Part shown: one piece after another, positions 16,234 through 24,000 of the stretch
Position numbering within the stretch: position 1 is the first letter of the stretch
Layout: every line of letters starts with the position of its first letter
Assembly (NCBI RefSeq): GCF_004216915.1
Contig: NZ_SGXD01000001.1
Span: 921,013 to 945,012 of the forward strand
Reading direction: 5' to 3'
DNA from: Motilibacter rhizosphaerae
Lineage (GTDB): Bacteria > Actinomycetota > Actinomycetes > Motilibacterales > Motilibacteraceae
DNA: 24,000 bases
The notes under the pieces: generated by a model
What the model saw: only the letters and a program-made list of their open reading frames with translations
Databases searched by the model: none
Told to the model about the DNA's origin: nothing
Program-made: the position numbers and the translations under genes

Positions 16234-16296
16234 GGGGTGCGCACCCCGACCCGGCAGGGTCACAAGATGTGACTCAGTGTGATCGGCAGGGTGACA
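16234..16296. promoter_or_regulatory. Cluster of candidate operator motifs in the divergent acetyltransferase/GT2 control region
   Basis: A perfect 14-bp palindrome GGGGTGCGCACCCC (16234-16247). A 13-bp direct repeat CGGCAGGGT[C/G]ACA at 16252-16264 and 16284-16296, 32 bp apart. An inverted repeat GTCACA-aga-TGTGAC (16259-16273). Confidence 0.3.
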
Positions 16297-17484
16297 GCCA
16301 TCCGATCGGCTCTTCCCTCCGAACAGTACGTAGCGGACGTCCAGTGCGGGCGTCGTCCGTCCGGCAGCGTGGCCGGGCTCATCCAGGCCACGACCCTTGG
16401 GGGGGTTTCCTTGCCGAACATCCATTCGCTGGGCACAGACAGCACCCGCGCGCCGCTGCGCGTCCTCGTGACCGCGGAGCGTCGCGACATCGATCCGGCG
16501 GGACCGTCGGTCTCCGTCGTGGTGCCGGCGATGAACGAGGCGAAGAACCTCCCGTGGCTCGCCGCGCACATGCCGGCCGGTGTGGCCGAGATCATCCTCG
16601 TGGACGGCCGTTCCGTGGACGACACGGTCGAGGTCGCGCGCGCGCTGTGGCCGGACGTCCGTGTCGTGACGCAGACGCGGCGGGGGAAGGGCAACGCCCT
16701 CGCCTGCGGCTTCCACGCCGCCACCGGCGACATCACGGTGATGATCGACGCGGACGGCTCCATGGACCCGGGCGAGATCCCGTTCTTCGTCGACGCCCTC
16801 GTCGCGGGCGCGGACTACGCGAAGGGGAGCCGGTTCAGTGCCGGAGGCGGGTCGAGCGACATCACCCGCGTGCGCTCCTGGGGGAACTGGGCGCTGAACG
16901 CGCTCACCAACACGGTGCACGGCACGCGCTACCGGGACCTCTGCTACGGCTACAACGCCTTCTGGACGCGCATCCTGCCGGTCCTGGACATGGACGCCGG
17001 GCAGATCGGCGACGACTCGGACGAGCGCAAGTGGGGTGACGGCTTCGAGGTCGAGACGCTGATCAACATCCGCGTCCACACCGCCGGGCTGACGATCGCC
17101 GAGGTGGCCTCCTTCGAGTCGGAGCGGCTGCACGGTCAGAGCAACCTGAACGCCGTGAGCGACGGCCTGCGCGTCCTGCGCACCATCGCCATCGAGAAGC
17201 GCGAGGTCCTCAACGGCCAGCGGCTGCGCTCGCTGTCGCAGAACGTCACGGCTCCCGCGCCGCTGGACCTGGAGCCCCTTGGCGCGGCATCGCTCGTCGA
17301 GGAGCTCGAGGACCTGGACCAGCTCGCCACCACGGAGGACAGCGCGCTCGAAGCCCTGCCCGAGCAGGTGCAGCGGGAGCGCGTCGAGTCGGTGATCGAT
17401 CTCCGCGAGGAGGCGGAGATCCGCCGCCCCGTGGCGCTGCAGGTCGACAGCGAGGTCCGCGCCCCCAGGGACTTCGCGGTCTGA
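16279..17484 (+). CDS. GT2-family glycosyltransferase (polyprenyl-phosphate sugar synthase / DPM1-like) with an acidic C-terminal tail
   Basis: VSVVVPAMNEAKNLPWL, EIILVDGRSVDDT, RRGKGNAL and VMIDADGSMDP (DxD). The true start is probably downstream: GC3 is low for the first ~18 codons. Alternatives are GTG 16369, or TTG 16411 preceded by GGGGGGG. Confidence 0.8.
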   Translation: MIGRVTAIRSALPSEQYVADVQCGRRPSGSVAGLIQATTLGGVSLPNIHSLGTDSTRAPLRVLVTAERRDIDPAGPSVSVVVPAMNEAKNLPWLAAHMPAGVAEIILVDGRSVDDTVEVARALWPDVRVVTQTRRGKGNALACGFHAATGDITVMIDADGSMDPGEIPFFVDALVAGADYAKGSRFSAGGGSSDITRVRSWGNWALNALTNTVHGTRYRDLCYGYNAFWTRILPVLDMDAGQIGDDSDERKWGDGFEVETLINIRVHTAGLTIAEVASFESERLHGQSNLNAVSDGLRVLRTIAIEKREVLNGQRLRSLSQNVTAPAPLDLEPLGAASLVEELEDLDQLATTEDSALEALPEQVQRERVESVIDLREEAEIRRPVALQVDSEVRAPRDFAV

Positions 17485-17494
17485 CCGGTGCCGC

Positions 17495-17528
17495 CGATCG
17501 CCCTGTCCCGCCTGGGGCAGGGCGATCG
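17495..17528 (+). terminator. 15-bp-stem hairpin with GCCT loop between the GT2 and GT4-GT4 genes (terminator/attenuator or mRNA-stabilising element)
   Basis: CGATCGCCCTGTCCC-gcct-GGGGCAGGGCGATCG has one G:U pair. It starts 11 nt after the GT2 stop. No U-tract follows. Confidence 0.45.
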
Positions 17529-17571
17529 TCGTCGTCCTGCGCTGCACCCCTCACCGATCGGACCCCTCTGC

Positions 17572-19863
17572 ATGAACGAGCGCCCGCTGCGCGTCCTCCA
17601 GGTCGCCGCCCGCTACCTCCCTGACCTCGGTGGCATCGAGACGCACGTGCACGAGGTGAGCAAGCGGCTCGCCGCCCGCGACGACCTCGACATCACCGTC
17701 GCGGCCACGGACCGCACGGGCTCCCGGGCTCGCGACGAGCGCGTGGAGGGCTTCCGCGTCCTCAGGACCCGCGCGTGGCCGGCGCAGCGGGACTACTACT
17801 TCGCTCCCGGTCTCGTGAGGCTCATCCGCAAGGGCGACTGGGACGTCGTCCACGTCCAGGGCATCCACACCCTCGTCCCGGTCCTGGCGATGGCGGCAGC
17901 CCGGCGGGCCGGGATCCCGTACGTCGTCACCTTCCACACGGGGGGCAGCTCCGCGGGCCACCGGAACGCTGCGCGAGGGATCCAGTGGCGGCTGCTGGCC
18001 CCGCTCCTGCGGGACGCAGCGGCGCTCGTCGGTGTGAGCCGCTCGGAACAGCGCCTGTTCGCCGAAGCCACGGGGTTGCCGCTCACGCGGATCCGCGTCA
18101 TCCGCAACGGAGGCGCGCTGCCTGAACCGGTCGAGGGCGTCGCGGTCGTCCCCGGCAAGATCGTCTCCAGCGGGCGCCTCGAGCGGTACAAGGGCCACCA
18201 CCGCGTCATCGAAGCCCTGCCGCTGGTGCAGCAGCGGATCCCAGGGGCGTTCCTCGAGATCCTCGGAGCGGGTCCGTACGAAGCGGAGCTGCGCGCTCTG
18301 GCAGAGCGGCTGGGCGTGCAGGACTCGGTGACGATCAGGCACCTGCCTCCCGGCGACCGCGAGGGCATGGCCCGCGCTCTCGCCACGTCAGCGGTCTTCG
18401 CCGCGCTCTCGGACTACGAGGCGCACCCGGTCGCGGTGATGGAGGCCCTCACCCTCGGCGTCCCCGTGGTCGGTACCGACACCGCCGGCGTGGCCGACCT
18501 CGTCGAGGACGGTCTGGTGCGTGGCGTGGCGCCGGGAGCGCGTGCCGAGGACGTGGCGGACGTGCTCGCGTCCGTGCTGGCCTCGACCGGACAGACCGCA
18601 GCATCTGCTCCGCCGCTGCTGCCGACCTGGGACGGCGCCGCTGGGAGCCTCGCCAGCCTCTACGCCGAGGTGGACCGGGGGAGATGGTCAGGTGCTGCGC
18701 CTGCGCAGCGGACCCCGCCTCGAGCGGGCGCGACCCGGGTCGTCCACGTCGTCCCCGGCCTCGCGCCGGGAGGTGCGGAGAAGCAGATCGAGTACCTCGT
18801 CGAGCGGGGCACCAGCCACGCGACCGCGGTGTGCCTCTACCTGCTCGGGCAGGTCGGTCAGGGCATGGTCGAGCGGGGGGACGACGTGCGCCTCCTCGGC
18901 ATGACCGGGTGGCGCAAGCTCACCGCGGTCGTCCGCCTGGCGCGGCTCCTCCGGGCGGAGCGTGCTGACGTGGTGCACGTGCACCTGCTCAGCGGCCAGC
19001 TGTTCGGGATCCTCGCAGCACGGCTCGCCCGGGTCCCCGCGATCGTGTCCACCGAGCACTCCATCATGACCGCGACCATCGAGGGGCGCGCACGCACGCC
19101 GCAGCTCGCCGCGCTCTACCGTGCCCTGGCCGCCCTCGCGCACCGGACGATCGCGGTGTCGCCGACGACGGCGCAGCGGATCGCCGAGTGGCACATCGCC
19201 GAGGAGCGCGTCGTCGTGATCGACAACGGCGTCGACTTCGAGGCGCTCGCCTTCGACAGCGCCGTGCGCGACGAGGTGCGGCGCGAGCTCGGCCTCGCTG
19301 ACGAGGGGCGCGTCGTCGGGGCCGTGGGTCGCCTCGACCCCGTCAAGCGCTTCGAGTCGCTCCTCGACGCCCTCGCCCCCATGGTGAGAGCGGCGGAGGA
19401 CTCCCCCGCTCCCATCGACATCGTCATCGCGGGGCACGGGCCGCTCCAAGCGCGTCTCACCTCCCTCGCCGAGGAGCTCGGGATCTCCAAGCGCCTCCAC
19501 CTCCTCGGCCCGCGCAACGACGTCCCACGGCTCCTCAACGCGTTCGACGTCTTCGTGAGCCCGTCACGTGACGAGACGTTCGGCATCTCCATCATCGAGG
19601 CGCTCGGCAACGGGTTGCCCACGGTCTACAGCCAGTGCCCGGCGATCGACGACGAGGGCCCGCCGCCGGCCCACGCGCGCCACCTGCCCGAGACCGGGAG
19701 CGAGCAGGAGGAGCTCCGGGCCCTCGCCGACGCGGTGGACGAGCTGCTGGGCACCGCTCGTCGACCCGTGCCGGAGGAGCTGCTCGCCCGCTACAGCGTC
19801 CCTGCCCTCGTCGCCCGGACGGAGTCGCTCTACGCGGAACTGCTGCGGGGACGCCGGGCCTGA
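17572..19863 (+). CDS. Fused tandem GT4 (GT-B fold) glycosyltransferase, 763 aa
   Basis: There are two complete GT4-like units. Unit 1 is LRVLQVAARYLPDLGGIETHV...EAHPVAVMEALTLGVPVVGTD. Unit 2 is VVHVVPGLAPGGAEKQ...ETFGISIIEALGNGLPTVYS. Both keep the E-x7-E motif and are joined by a Pro/Arg linker around 18670-18740. I prefer ATG 17572 to GTG 17488, which would translate the hairpin. Confidence 0.8.
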   Translation: MNERPLRVLQVAARYLPDLGGIETHVHEVSKRLAARDDLDITVAATDRTGSRARDERVEGFRVLRTRAWPAQRDYYFAPGLVRLIRKGDWDVVHVQGIHTLVPVLAMAAARRAGIPYVVTFHTGGSSAGHRNAARGIQWRLLAPLLRDAAALVGVSRSEQRLFAEATGLPLTRIRVIRNGGALPEPVEGVAVVPGKIVSSGRLERYKGHHRVIEALPLVQQRIPGAFLEILGAGPYEAELRALAERLGVQDSVTIRHLPPGDREGMARALATSAVFAALSDYEAHPVAVMEALTLGVPVVGTDTAGVADLVEDGLVRGVAPGARAEDVADVLASVLASTGQTAASAPPLLPTWDGAAGSLASLYAEVDRGRWSGAAPAQRTPPRAGATRVVHVVPGLAPGGAEKQIEYLVERGTSHATAVCLYLLGQVGQGMVERGDDVRLLGMTGWRKLTAVVRLARLLRAERADVVHVHLLSGQLFGILAARLARVPAIVSTEHSIMTATIEGRARTPQLAALYRALAALAHRTIAVSPTTAQRIAEWHIAEERVVVIDNGVDFEALAFDSAVRDEVRRELGLADEGRVVGAVGRLDPVKRFESLLDALAPMVRAAEDSPAPIDIVIAGHGPLQARLTSLAEELGISKRLHLLGPRNDVPRLLNAFDVFVSPSRDETFGISIIEALGNGLPTVYSQCPAIDDEGPPPAHARHLPETGSEQEELRALADAVDELLGTARRPVPEELLARYSVPALVARTESLYAELLRGRRA

Positions 19864-19945
19864 CCGTCGCCGACGGGCCCGTGCGCTCGTCCGGCTCGGG
19901 AGCGGACAGGGCTCCGGGCGTCGCCGCCGTCGACGACGGCTCGTC

Positions 19946-20983
19946 TCACCGACGCGGGTGCACGACCCGCAACGTGCGACTGGAGCTGGACGCCCGGACG
20001 CCGTCGATCCGGAATGCGTAGGTCGCTGTGGCCCGTGCGGTGAACCTGACGGTGACTCGGCCGGCGGCAGTGGGGCGGGCGGCGGCGACCCGGACCCAGC
20101 GACGGCCCTGCTGGCGCCACAGCCCGACGACCGCCGAGGACACCGGTACCGCCGTGCCGCGCACGGTGGCCTGGGCCGCCACCGCAGCGCCGCTGCGAGC
20201 AGTCCTGGGGAAGGACGTGAACCGGACTGTCGCGCCCGGGGGCAGCGGAGCTCGCCCGGCGCCGAGATCGGCCCGGCACTGGGACTCGCTCGAGTAGCTG
20301 GAGAACGCGCGCCAGCCGCCCGCGCGGCAGTCGCCGCCGACGGCCGACCGCACGAACAGCTGCAACTGGCCGTAGTTGTCGGCGGCGTTGACGTCACGCA
20401 CCCGGAAGCCGAGGCGGTGACCCTGTCCTGGTACCACGTAGGAGTACGTGTGCTGGGAGGCCGGCTTCGTCGGCTGCCCCCCCAACGGCTCGACGTGCGT
20501 GAAGCCGCTCCCCGCGTCGATCAGCAGGTCCCCGAGGTGTCGAGGCAGCGTGCTGTCCTTCGGGTCGCACGTGTAGGACTGGGCGTACTCGACCTCGGCG
20601 TCCTCCCCGACGGGCCCCTGCGCCGCGATCGCGCTGGGGAACTGCGGGCTCGCTTCGGGCCTGCCGCACCGACCCCGCTGGAACCACACGCCCGCCGCCC
20701 ACCGCGAGAACGTCCCACGGACCTCGACCACGGCGAAGGCGGTACGCGGCCACACAGCCCGCGTCGACACCCCTGCCCGGGGGCGGGCGTCGCTGCCGCC
20801 TGCCGCGGCGTCCAGGACCAGGTCCTCGGGGGACGGCACCACCGGTGCTGCGGAGGCGGCCGCTGCTGCAGGTGCCGGTGCGCTTGCCGTCGCTGCCGAG
20901 GGGCAGGACAGCGCTGCGAGCGCGGCCACCAGGACGACCGACGTGCGTACGGCGGGCAGACGGGGCACGGGACGTACGGGCAC
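19946..20983 (-). CDS. Secreted protein of unknown function, 345 aa, with a C-terminal Ig-like/beta-sandwich-looking segment
   Basis: GTG 20983 is preceded by GGAG with a 7-nt spacer. Signal-peptide-like N-terminus (RLPAVRTSVVLVAALAALSCPSAATASA). Five further Cys residues in the mature part. The upstream 327 codons of the track ORF run antisense to the sigma gene. Confidence 0.6.
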   Translation of the reverse strand: MPVRPVPRLPAVRTSVVLVAALAALSCPSAATASAPAPAAAAASAAPVVPSPEDLVLDAAAGGSDARPRAGVSTRAVWPRTAFAVVEVRGTFSRWAAGVWFQRGRCGRPEASPQFPSAIAAQGPVGEDAEVEYAQSYTCDPKDSTLPRHLGDLLIDAGSGFTHVEPLGGQPTKPASQHTYSYVVPGQGHRLGFRVRDVNAADNYGQLQLFVRSAVGGDCRAGGWRAFSSYSSESQCRADLGAGRAPLPPGATVRFTSFPRTARSGAAVAAQATVRGTAVPVSSAVVGLWRQQGRRWVRVAAARPTAAGRVTVRFTARATATYAFRIDGVRASSSSRTLRVVHPRR

Positions 20984-21211
20984 AGAACCACTCCGCGAGT
21001 TGACGAGGACGTCGATTCTCGCACCGGCCGGGACGGACGTCTGCCCCTCCCCCGAGTGAGACGGACCAGGTGCAGCCGCGGTGCGTGGGTGCGCCGCCAC
21101 GCCGAGGAGCGGCCGGTGGTCAGCGGTGGGTCGGGCGCAGTCGTGAGCCGAGATGTCCTCGATGTCCCTCTTCGCCCCATCCGGACGCCGCCCGCGTACG
21201 AACACCTCCTG

Positions 21212-21811
21212 ATGGCCAGTCCAGCCCCGCCGCCCGAGGAGTCCGTCAGCGCAGCGGACACCCTGCTCGCGCTGGCGCTCGTCCGTGCCAGCGACGGGGA
21301 CGCGGAAGCCTTCGCCGAGGTCTACCGACTGATGCACGCGCCCATCCGCAGGGTCGCCGGACTGATCCTCCAGGACGAGCACCTCGCCGAGGAGGTGGCC
21401 CAGGAGGTCCTGATCGAGGTCTGGCAGTACGCCCGCCGCTTCGAGCCCCGGACCGGTCAAGCACGTTCGTGGATCATGACCATCGCCCGCCGCCGCTCCA
21501 TCGACCGCGTCCGCGCGGTCGAGGCTGCGCGACGCCGCGACCAGGACGAGCTCGACGCGCGCCATCTGCTCGCAGAGCACCACGACGTCGCGGACCTCGT
21601 CGCTCGCCGTTGGATGGAGCAGCGCGTCCGTGCCCAGCTCACCGTGCTCACCCAGCTCCAGAAGCAGGCTCTGGTCCTGGCGTTCTACGGGAACCACAGC
21701 TACTCCTCGGTCGCACGAGTCCTCGGCATCCCCGTGGCGACGGCGAAGAGCCGCGTCCGGGACGCGCTCCTGCGCCTCGCTCGGGAGCTCGAGGGCCTCG
21801 ACGAGGAGTAG
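21212..21811 (+). CDS. ECF-type sigma-70 family RNA polymerase sigma factor (SigK-like by eye), 199 aa
   Basis: Region 2 is AEEVAQEVLIEVWQYARRFEPRTGQARSWIMTIARRRSIDRVR. Region 4 is LTQLQKQALVLAFYGNHSYSSVARVLGIPVATAKSRVRDALLRL. The rest of the 747-aa track ORF is artefact. There is no SD before the ATG (CCTCCTG precedes it), so the mRNA may be leaderless. Confidence 0.85.
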   Translation: MASPAPPPEESVSAADTLLALALVRASDGDAEAFAEVYRLMHAPIRRVAGLILQDEHLAEEVAQEVLIEVWQYARRFEPRTGQARSWIMTIARRRSIDRVRAVEAARRRDQDELDARHLLAEHHDVADLVARRWMEQRVRAQLTVLTQLQKQALVLAFYGNHSYSSVARVLGIPVATAKSRVRDALLRLARELEGLDEE

Positions 21812-22126
21812 GTCGTCGCACCGCCCCGAGCGGAGGCTCGCCGCTCGTGCCGTCCCTGTCCTGGCTAGAACGCTCTCTGCGCGGGAGGAGCTCCGCTCAC
21901 GGCTCGACCGACCGCACTCGGTCCCGACTCCGACTGTCGGCCGAGGCCGTCCGGTGCACAGCACCCCCTGTGGAGTGACACCCTGCCGATCCTCTGCGTC
22001 TGTCGGTCGACAGGCCTAGGGTCGGAACCGGCTCGCTCCCCTCGTCCCCCCGTTGCGGGGGTGGGCCCCGGCCTCCCGGTCGCGCCGCCGCCCTCCCCGA
22101 CGGCGGCTGCGGCCGGAGGGCGACGT

Positions 22127-22170
22127 CGACTCGCCCCTGGTGACCTCCCCCGGTCGCCCGGGGCGAGTCG
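22127..22170 (+). promoter_or_regulatory. 11-bp perfect GC-rich stem (CGACTCGCCCC / GGGGCGAGTCG) with a 22-nt loop in the long untranslated region upstream of the MCP gene
   Basis: Read directly from the sequence. It lies about 105 nt upstream of ATG 22275 inside a ~460-nt stretch where no frame has coding-like GC3. Confidence 0.25.
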
Positions 22171-22274
22171 TCGTCCTGGCCGTCGCACTGTTCTCCCGAG
22201 CACCAGTACGCCCGCGTCGCTCACGGCAGCGCCTCCGTTGCCGATAGTGCGGGAAGCGAACAAGGGGAGGGCAC

Positions 22275-23807
22275 ATGTGGCGCAAGCGGCAGGCGCAGGT
22301 CGTCGAGGTGGCGGCCCCGCGGGACGTGGAGGCGCTCGAGCGCGTGCTGCTCGCGTTCAGCACGGGGCTGGTGAACGCCCAGGACGCCCGCGTGAAGGGG
22401 ACGGACGCGCTGGTCGACTCCCTCGGGCTGGCGTACGGCGCGCGCTGGGTGCCGACGCCGGCGGGGGAGTACGAGCTGGCGTACGAGACCGGTGAGCTGC
22501 TGCCGGCCATGGCGGCCGCCGCGGGTGGTGCGCGCGTGCTCGGCCCCGACGCGGGCCTGCTCGGCACCGCGCTCCAGCGGCGCAAGCCGGTCATCGTCGC
22601 GGACCCCCAGGAGGGGTCGCACTGCCTGCGCTGGCGCGCCGCGCACGACGCAGGCGCGCTCGAGGGCGCGGTGATCCCGATGTACGACGACGGCGAGGTC
22701 GTCGGGGTCATCGAGTTCTACAGCCGCCGCCCGCTCCCGGCGTTCGGCAGTGACAAGTGGGAGGCGATCGCGCGCATCGCGGCGATGGCCCGCAAGCAGG
22801 CGATGGGGGCTGCGGCGCTGCAGGAGACCCTCGACGACCGGCAGGCGGTCACCACCGTCGTGAGCCAGGTCGGTGACGCGCCGAACGCCCAGGCTGCGCT
22901 GCGGCTCGCGCTGGAGTCCGTCCGCAGCGCCTTCGGCTGGGCGTACGGGTCGTTCTGGCGCCTCGACCAGGCCGAGGGGGTCCTCCGCTTCGAGCTCGAG
23001 TCGGGGACCGCGGGTGAGGAGTTCCGCGAGGTCACGCTCGCCGCGTCCTTCGCCGAGGGCGTCGGGCTGTCCGGTCGTGCGTGGCGTGCGCGCGACCTGG
23101 TCTTCGTGAGCGACCTCGCGGAGGTGCCGGACTGCGTGCGCGCCCCCGCTGCCCAACGGGCCGGGGTGAAGTCCGGGGTCTGCTTCCCGGTCCTCGACGG
23201 TGACCGCATCATCGGGACGATGGACTTCTTCGTCACGGAGACCATCGAGCTGTCCCAGTCGCGCGCCGCGGCGCTGCGCAACGTGCAGCAGCTCGTGTCG
23301 CAGCGCCTGACGGTGCTGCACAGGGCGGACGCGGACGCGGAGAGCGCCCGGCTGCTGCTCGAGACGGTCGCGGAGCTGCGGGCGGCGACTGAGGACGCCG
23401 GGCGGGTCGCGGCCACGGCCGGCGCCCGTGCCGGGGCGATGACGAGCGAGGTGGAGTCGCTGAGCACCGCCTCGGCGGCGATCGAGGACGTCATCAGGCT
23501 CATCACCGGCATCGCCGAGCAGACCAACCTGCTCGCCCTCAACGCGACCATCGAGGCCGCGCGTGCCGGCGAGGTCGGCCGGGGCTTCGCGGTCGTCGCC
23601 AACGAGGTCAAGGACCTGGCCCGCGAGACCGCAGAGGCCACCCGTCGGGTCGCCGACCAGGTCGCCGCGATCCAGGCCAGCAGCGGCACGGTCGCCTCGG
23701 GCATCCACGCGACGAGCGAGACGATCAGCGAGCTCGACGCCGTGCAGGCACGCATCGCCGACGTGCTGCACCGCCAGGTGTCGATGGCCGGCGCGTTCGA
23801 GCGCTGA
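22275..23807 (+). CDS. Soluble GAF-GAF-MCP signalling-domain protein (cytoplasmic methyl-accepting chemotaxis-type receptor), 510 aa
   Basis: GGGGAGGG RBS. Two GAF-like units (…KPVIVADP…[12 protein letters not shown] and …[17 protein letters not shown]…[12 protein letters not shown]). The canonical MCP hairpin tip is [37 protein letters not shown]. There are no TM segments. Confidence 0.85.
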   Translation: MWRKRQAQVVEVAAPRDVEALERVLLAFSTGLVNAQDARVKGTDALVDSLGLAYGARWVPTPAGEYELAYETGELLPAMAAAAGGARVLGPDAGLLGTALQRRKPVIVADPQEGSHCLRWRAAHDAGALEGAVIPMYDDGEVVGVIEFYSRRPLPAFGSDKWEAIARIAAMARKQAMGAAALQETLDDRQAVTTVVSQVGDAPNAQAALRLALESVRSAFGWAYGSFWRLDQAEGVLRFELESGTAGEEFREVTLAASFAEGVGLSGRAWRARDLVFVSDLAEVPDCVRAPAAQRAGVKSGVCFPVLDGDRIIGTMDFFVTETIELSQSRAAALRNVQQLVSQRLTVLHRADADAESARLLLETVAELRAATEDAGRVAATAGARAGAMTSEVESLSTASAAIEDVIRLITGIAEQTNLLALNATIEAARAGEVGRGFAVVANEVKDLARETAEATRRVADQVAAIQASSGTVASGIHATSETISELDAVQARIADVLHRQVSMAGAFER

Positions 23808-23820
23808 CCGGCACAGGCAG

Positions 23821-23857
23821 CCCCCCTCCCCGTGATCATGCAGATCATGGGGAGGGG
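23821..23857. terminator. 16-bp-stem hairpin, bidirectional terminator between convergent genes
   Basis: CCCCCTCCCCGTGATC-atgca-GATCATGGGGAGGGGG has one G:U pair. It starts 14 nt after the MCP stop and ends 31 nt before the stop of the convergent hydrolase gene. Confidence 0.6.
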
Positions 23858-23887
23858 GCGTTCGCCGCAACGAGCGCTGGGACCGCG

Positions 23888-24000
<113 letters not shown>

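Noticed and set aside
17488-17571. GTG 17488 as the start of the GT4-GT4 gene (28 extra codons).
   Set aside because: The extension would translate the 15-bp-stem hairpin and is Pro/Arg-rich. The GT4 fold begins right after ATG 17572 (MNERPLRVLQVA).
19568-21211. The upstream 548 codons of the 747-aa track ORF that ends as the ECF sigma factor, and the 672-aa minus ORF 19946-21964 upstream of 20983.
   Set aside because: Both are read-through artefacts. Sigma-70 regions 2 and 4 occupy only 21212-21811, and the secreted protein has an RBS plus signal peptide at 20983.
21812-22274. A search for an RskA-type anti-sigma gene or any CDS downstream of the sigma gene (track ORFs 21630-22019 +, 21865-22263 -, 22053-22247 +, 22061-22495 +).
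   Set aside because: No frame has coding-like GC3 or a transmembrane or anti-sigma N-terminal motif. The translations are Arg/Pro/Gly-rich. I treat the region as non-coding, see findings.
22221-23870. The 549-aa and 376-aa minus-strand ORFs over the MCP gene.
   Set aside because: They are antisense to a gene with an unmistakable MCP signalling motif and show wrong-frame composition.

Overview
Very GC-rich, actinobacterial-type DNA, so most long ORFs in the six-frame track are antisense or off-frame artefacts. I separated real genes by recognisable protein motifs, third-codon-position GC read by eye, Shine-Dalgarno (SD) spacing and stop/start overlaps. The window has three parts.

(1) 1-6129 is the right-hand end of an integrated conjugative or mobilizable element. 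It is one minus-strand, translationally coupled operon:
- a stand-alone type IV coupling protein (T4CP) C-terminal-domain protein
- a DUF4913-like protein
- a 570-aa unknown and two tiny ORFs
- an ArdC-like / HExxH / DnaG-primase fusion

The element stops at a copy of only the 3-prime half of a tRNA-Arg(ACG) gene, an att-like repeat, followed by a 19-bp-stem hairpin.

(2) 6275-19863 is a cell-envelope polysaccharide locus containing:
- a Wzx/MOP-type flippase
- two malectin-GH16 paralogues flanking a GT2 (glycosyltransferase family 2) gene
- an unlisted 46-aa Cys/His mini-ORF
- a GT-C-like polytopic membrane protein with a coupled 4-TM partner
- a hexapeptide acyltransferase
- a second GT2
- a fused GT4-GT4 (tandem family 4 glycosyltransferase) protein

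(3) 19946-24000 holds a secreted Cys-containing protein divergent from an orphan ECF sigma factor, about 460 nt of structured non-coding DNA, a soluble GAF-GAF-MCP receptor, and the 3-prime end of an alpha/beta hydrolase gene.

I saw no CRISPR array, rRNA, intact tRNA, integrase, relaxase or transposase. The best candidates for something undescribed are the ATPase-less T4CP fragment gene at the element edge, the GT2/GH16-malectin module with its zinc-ribbon-like mini-ORF, and the anti-sigma-less ECF unit. All family names come from motif recognition by eye and need HMM or structure confirmation.
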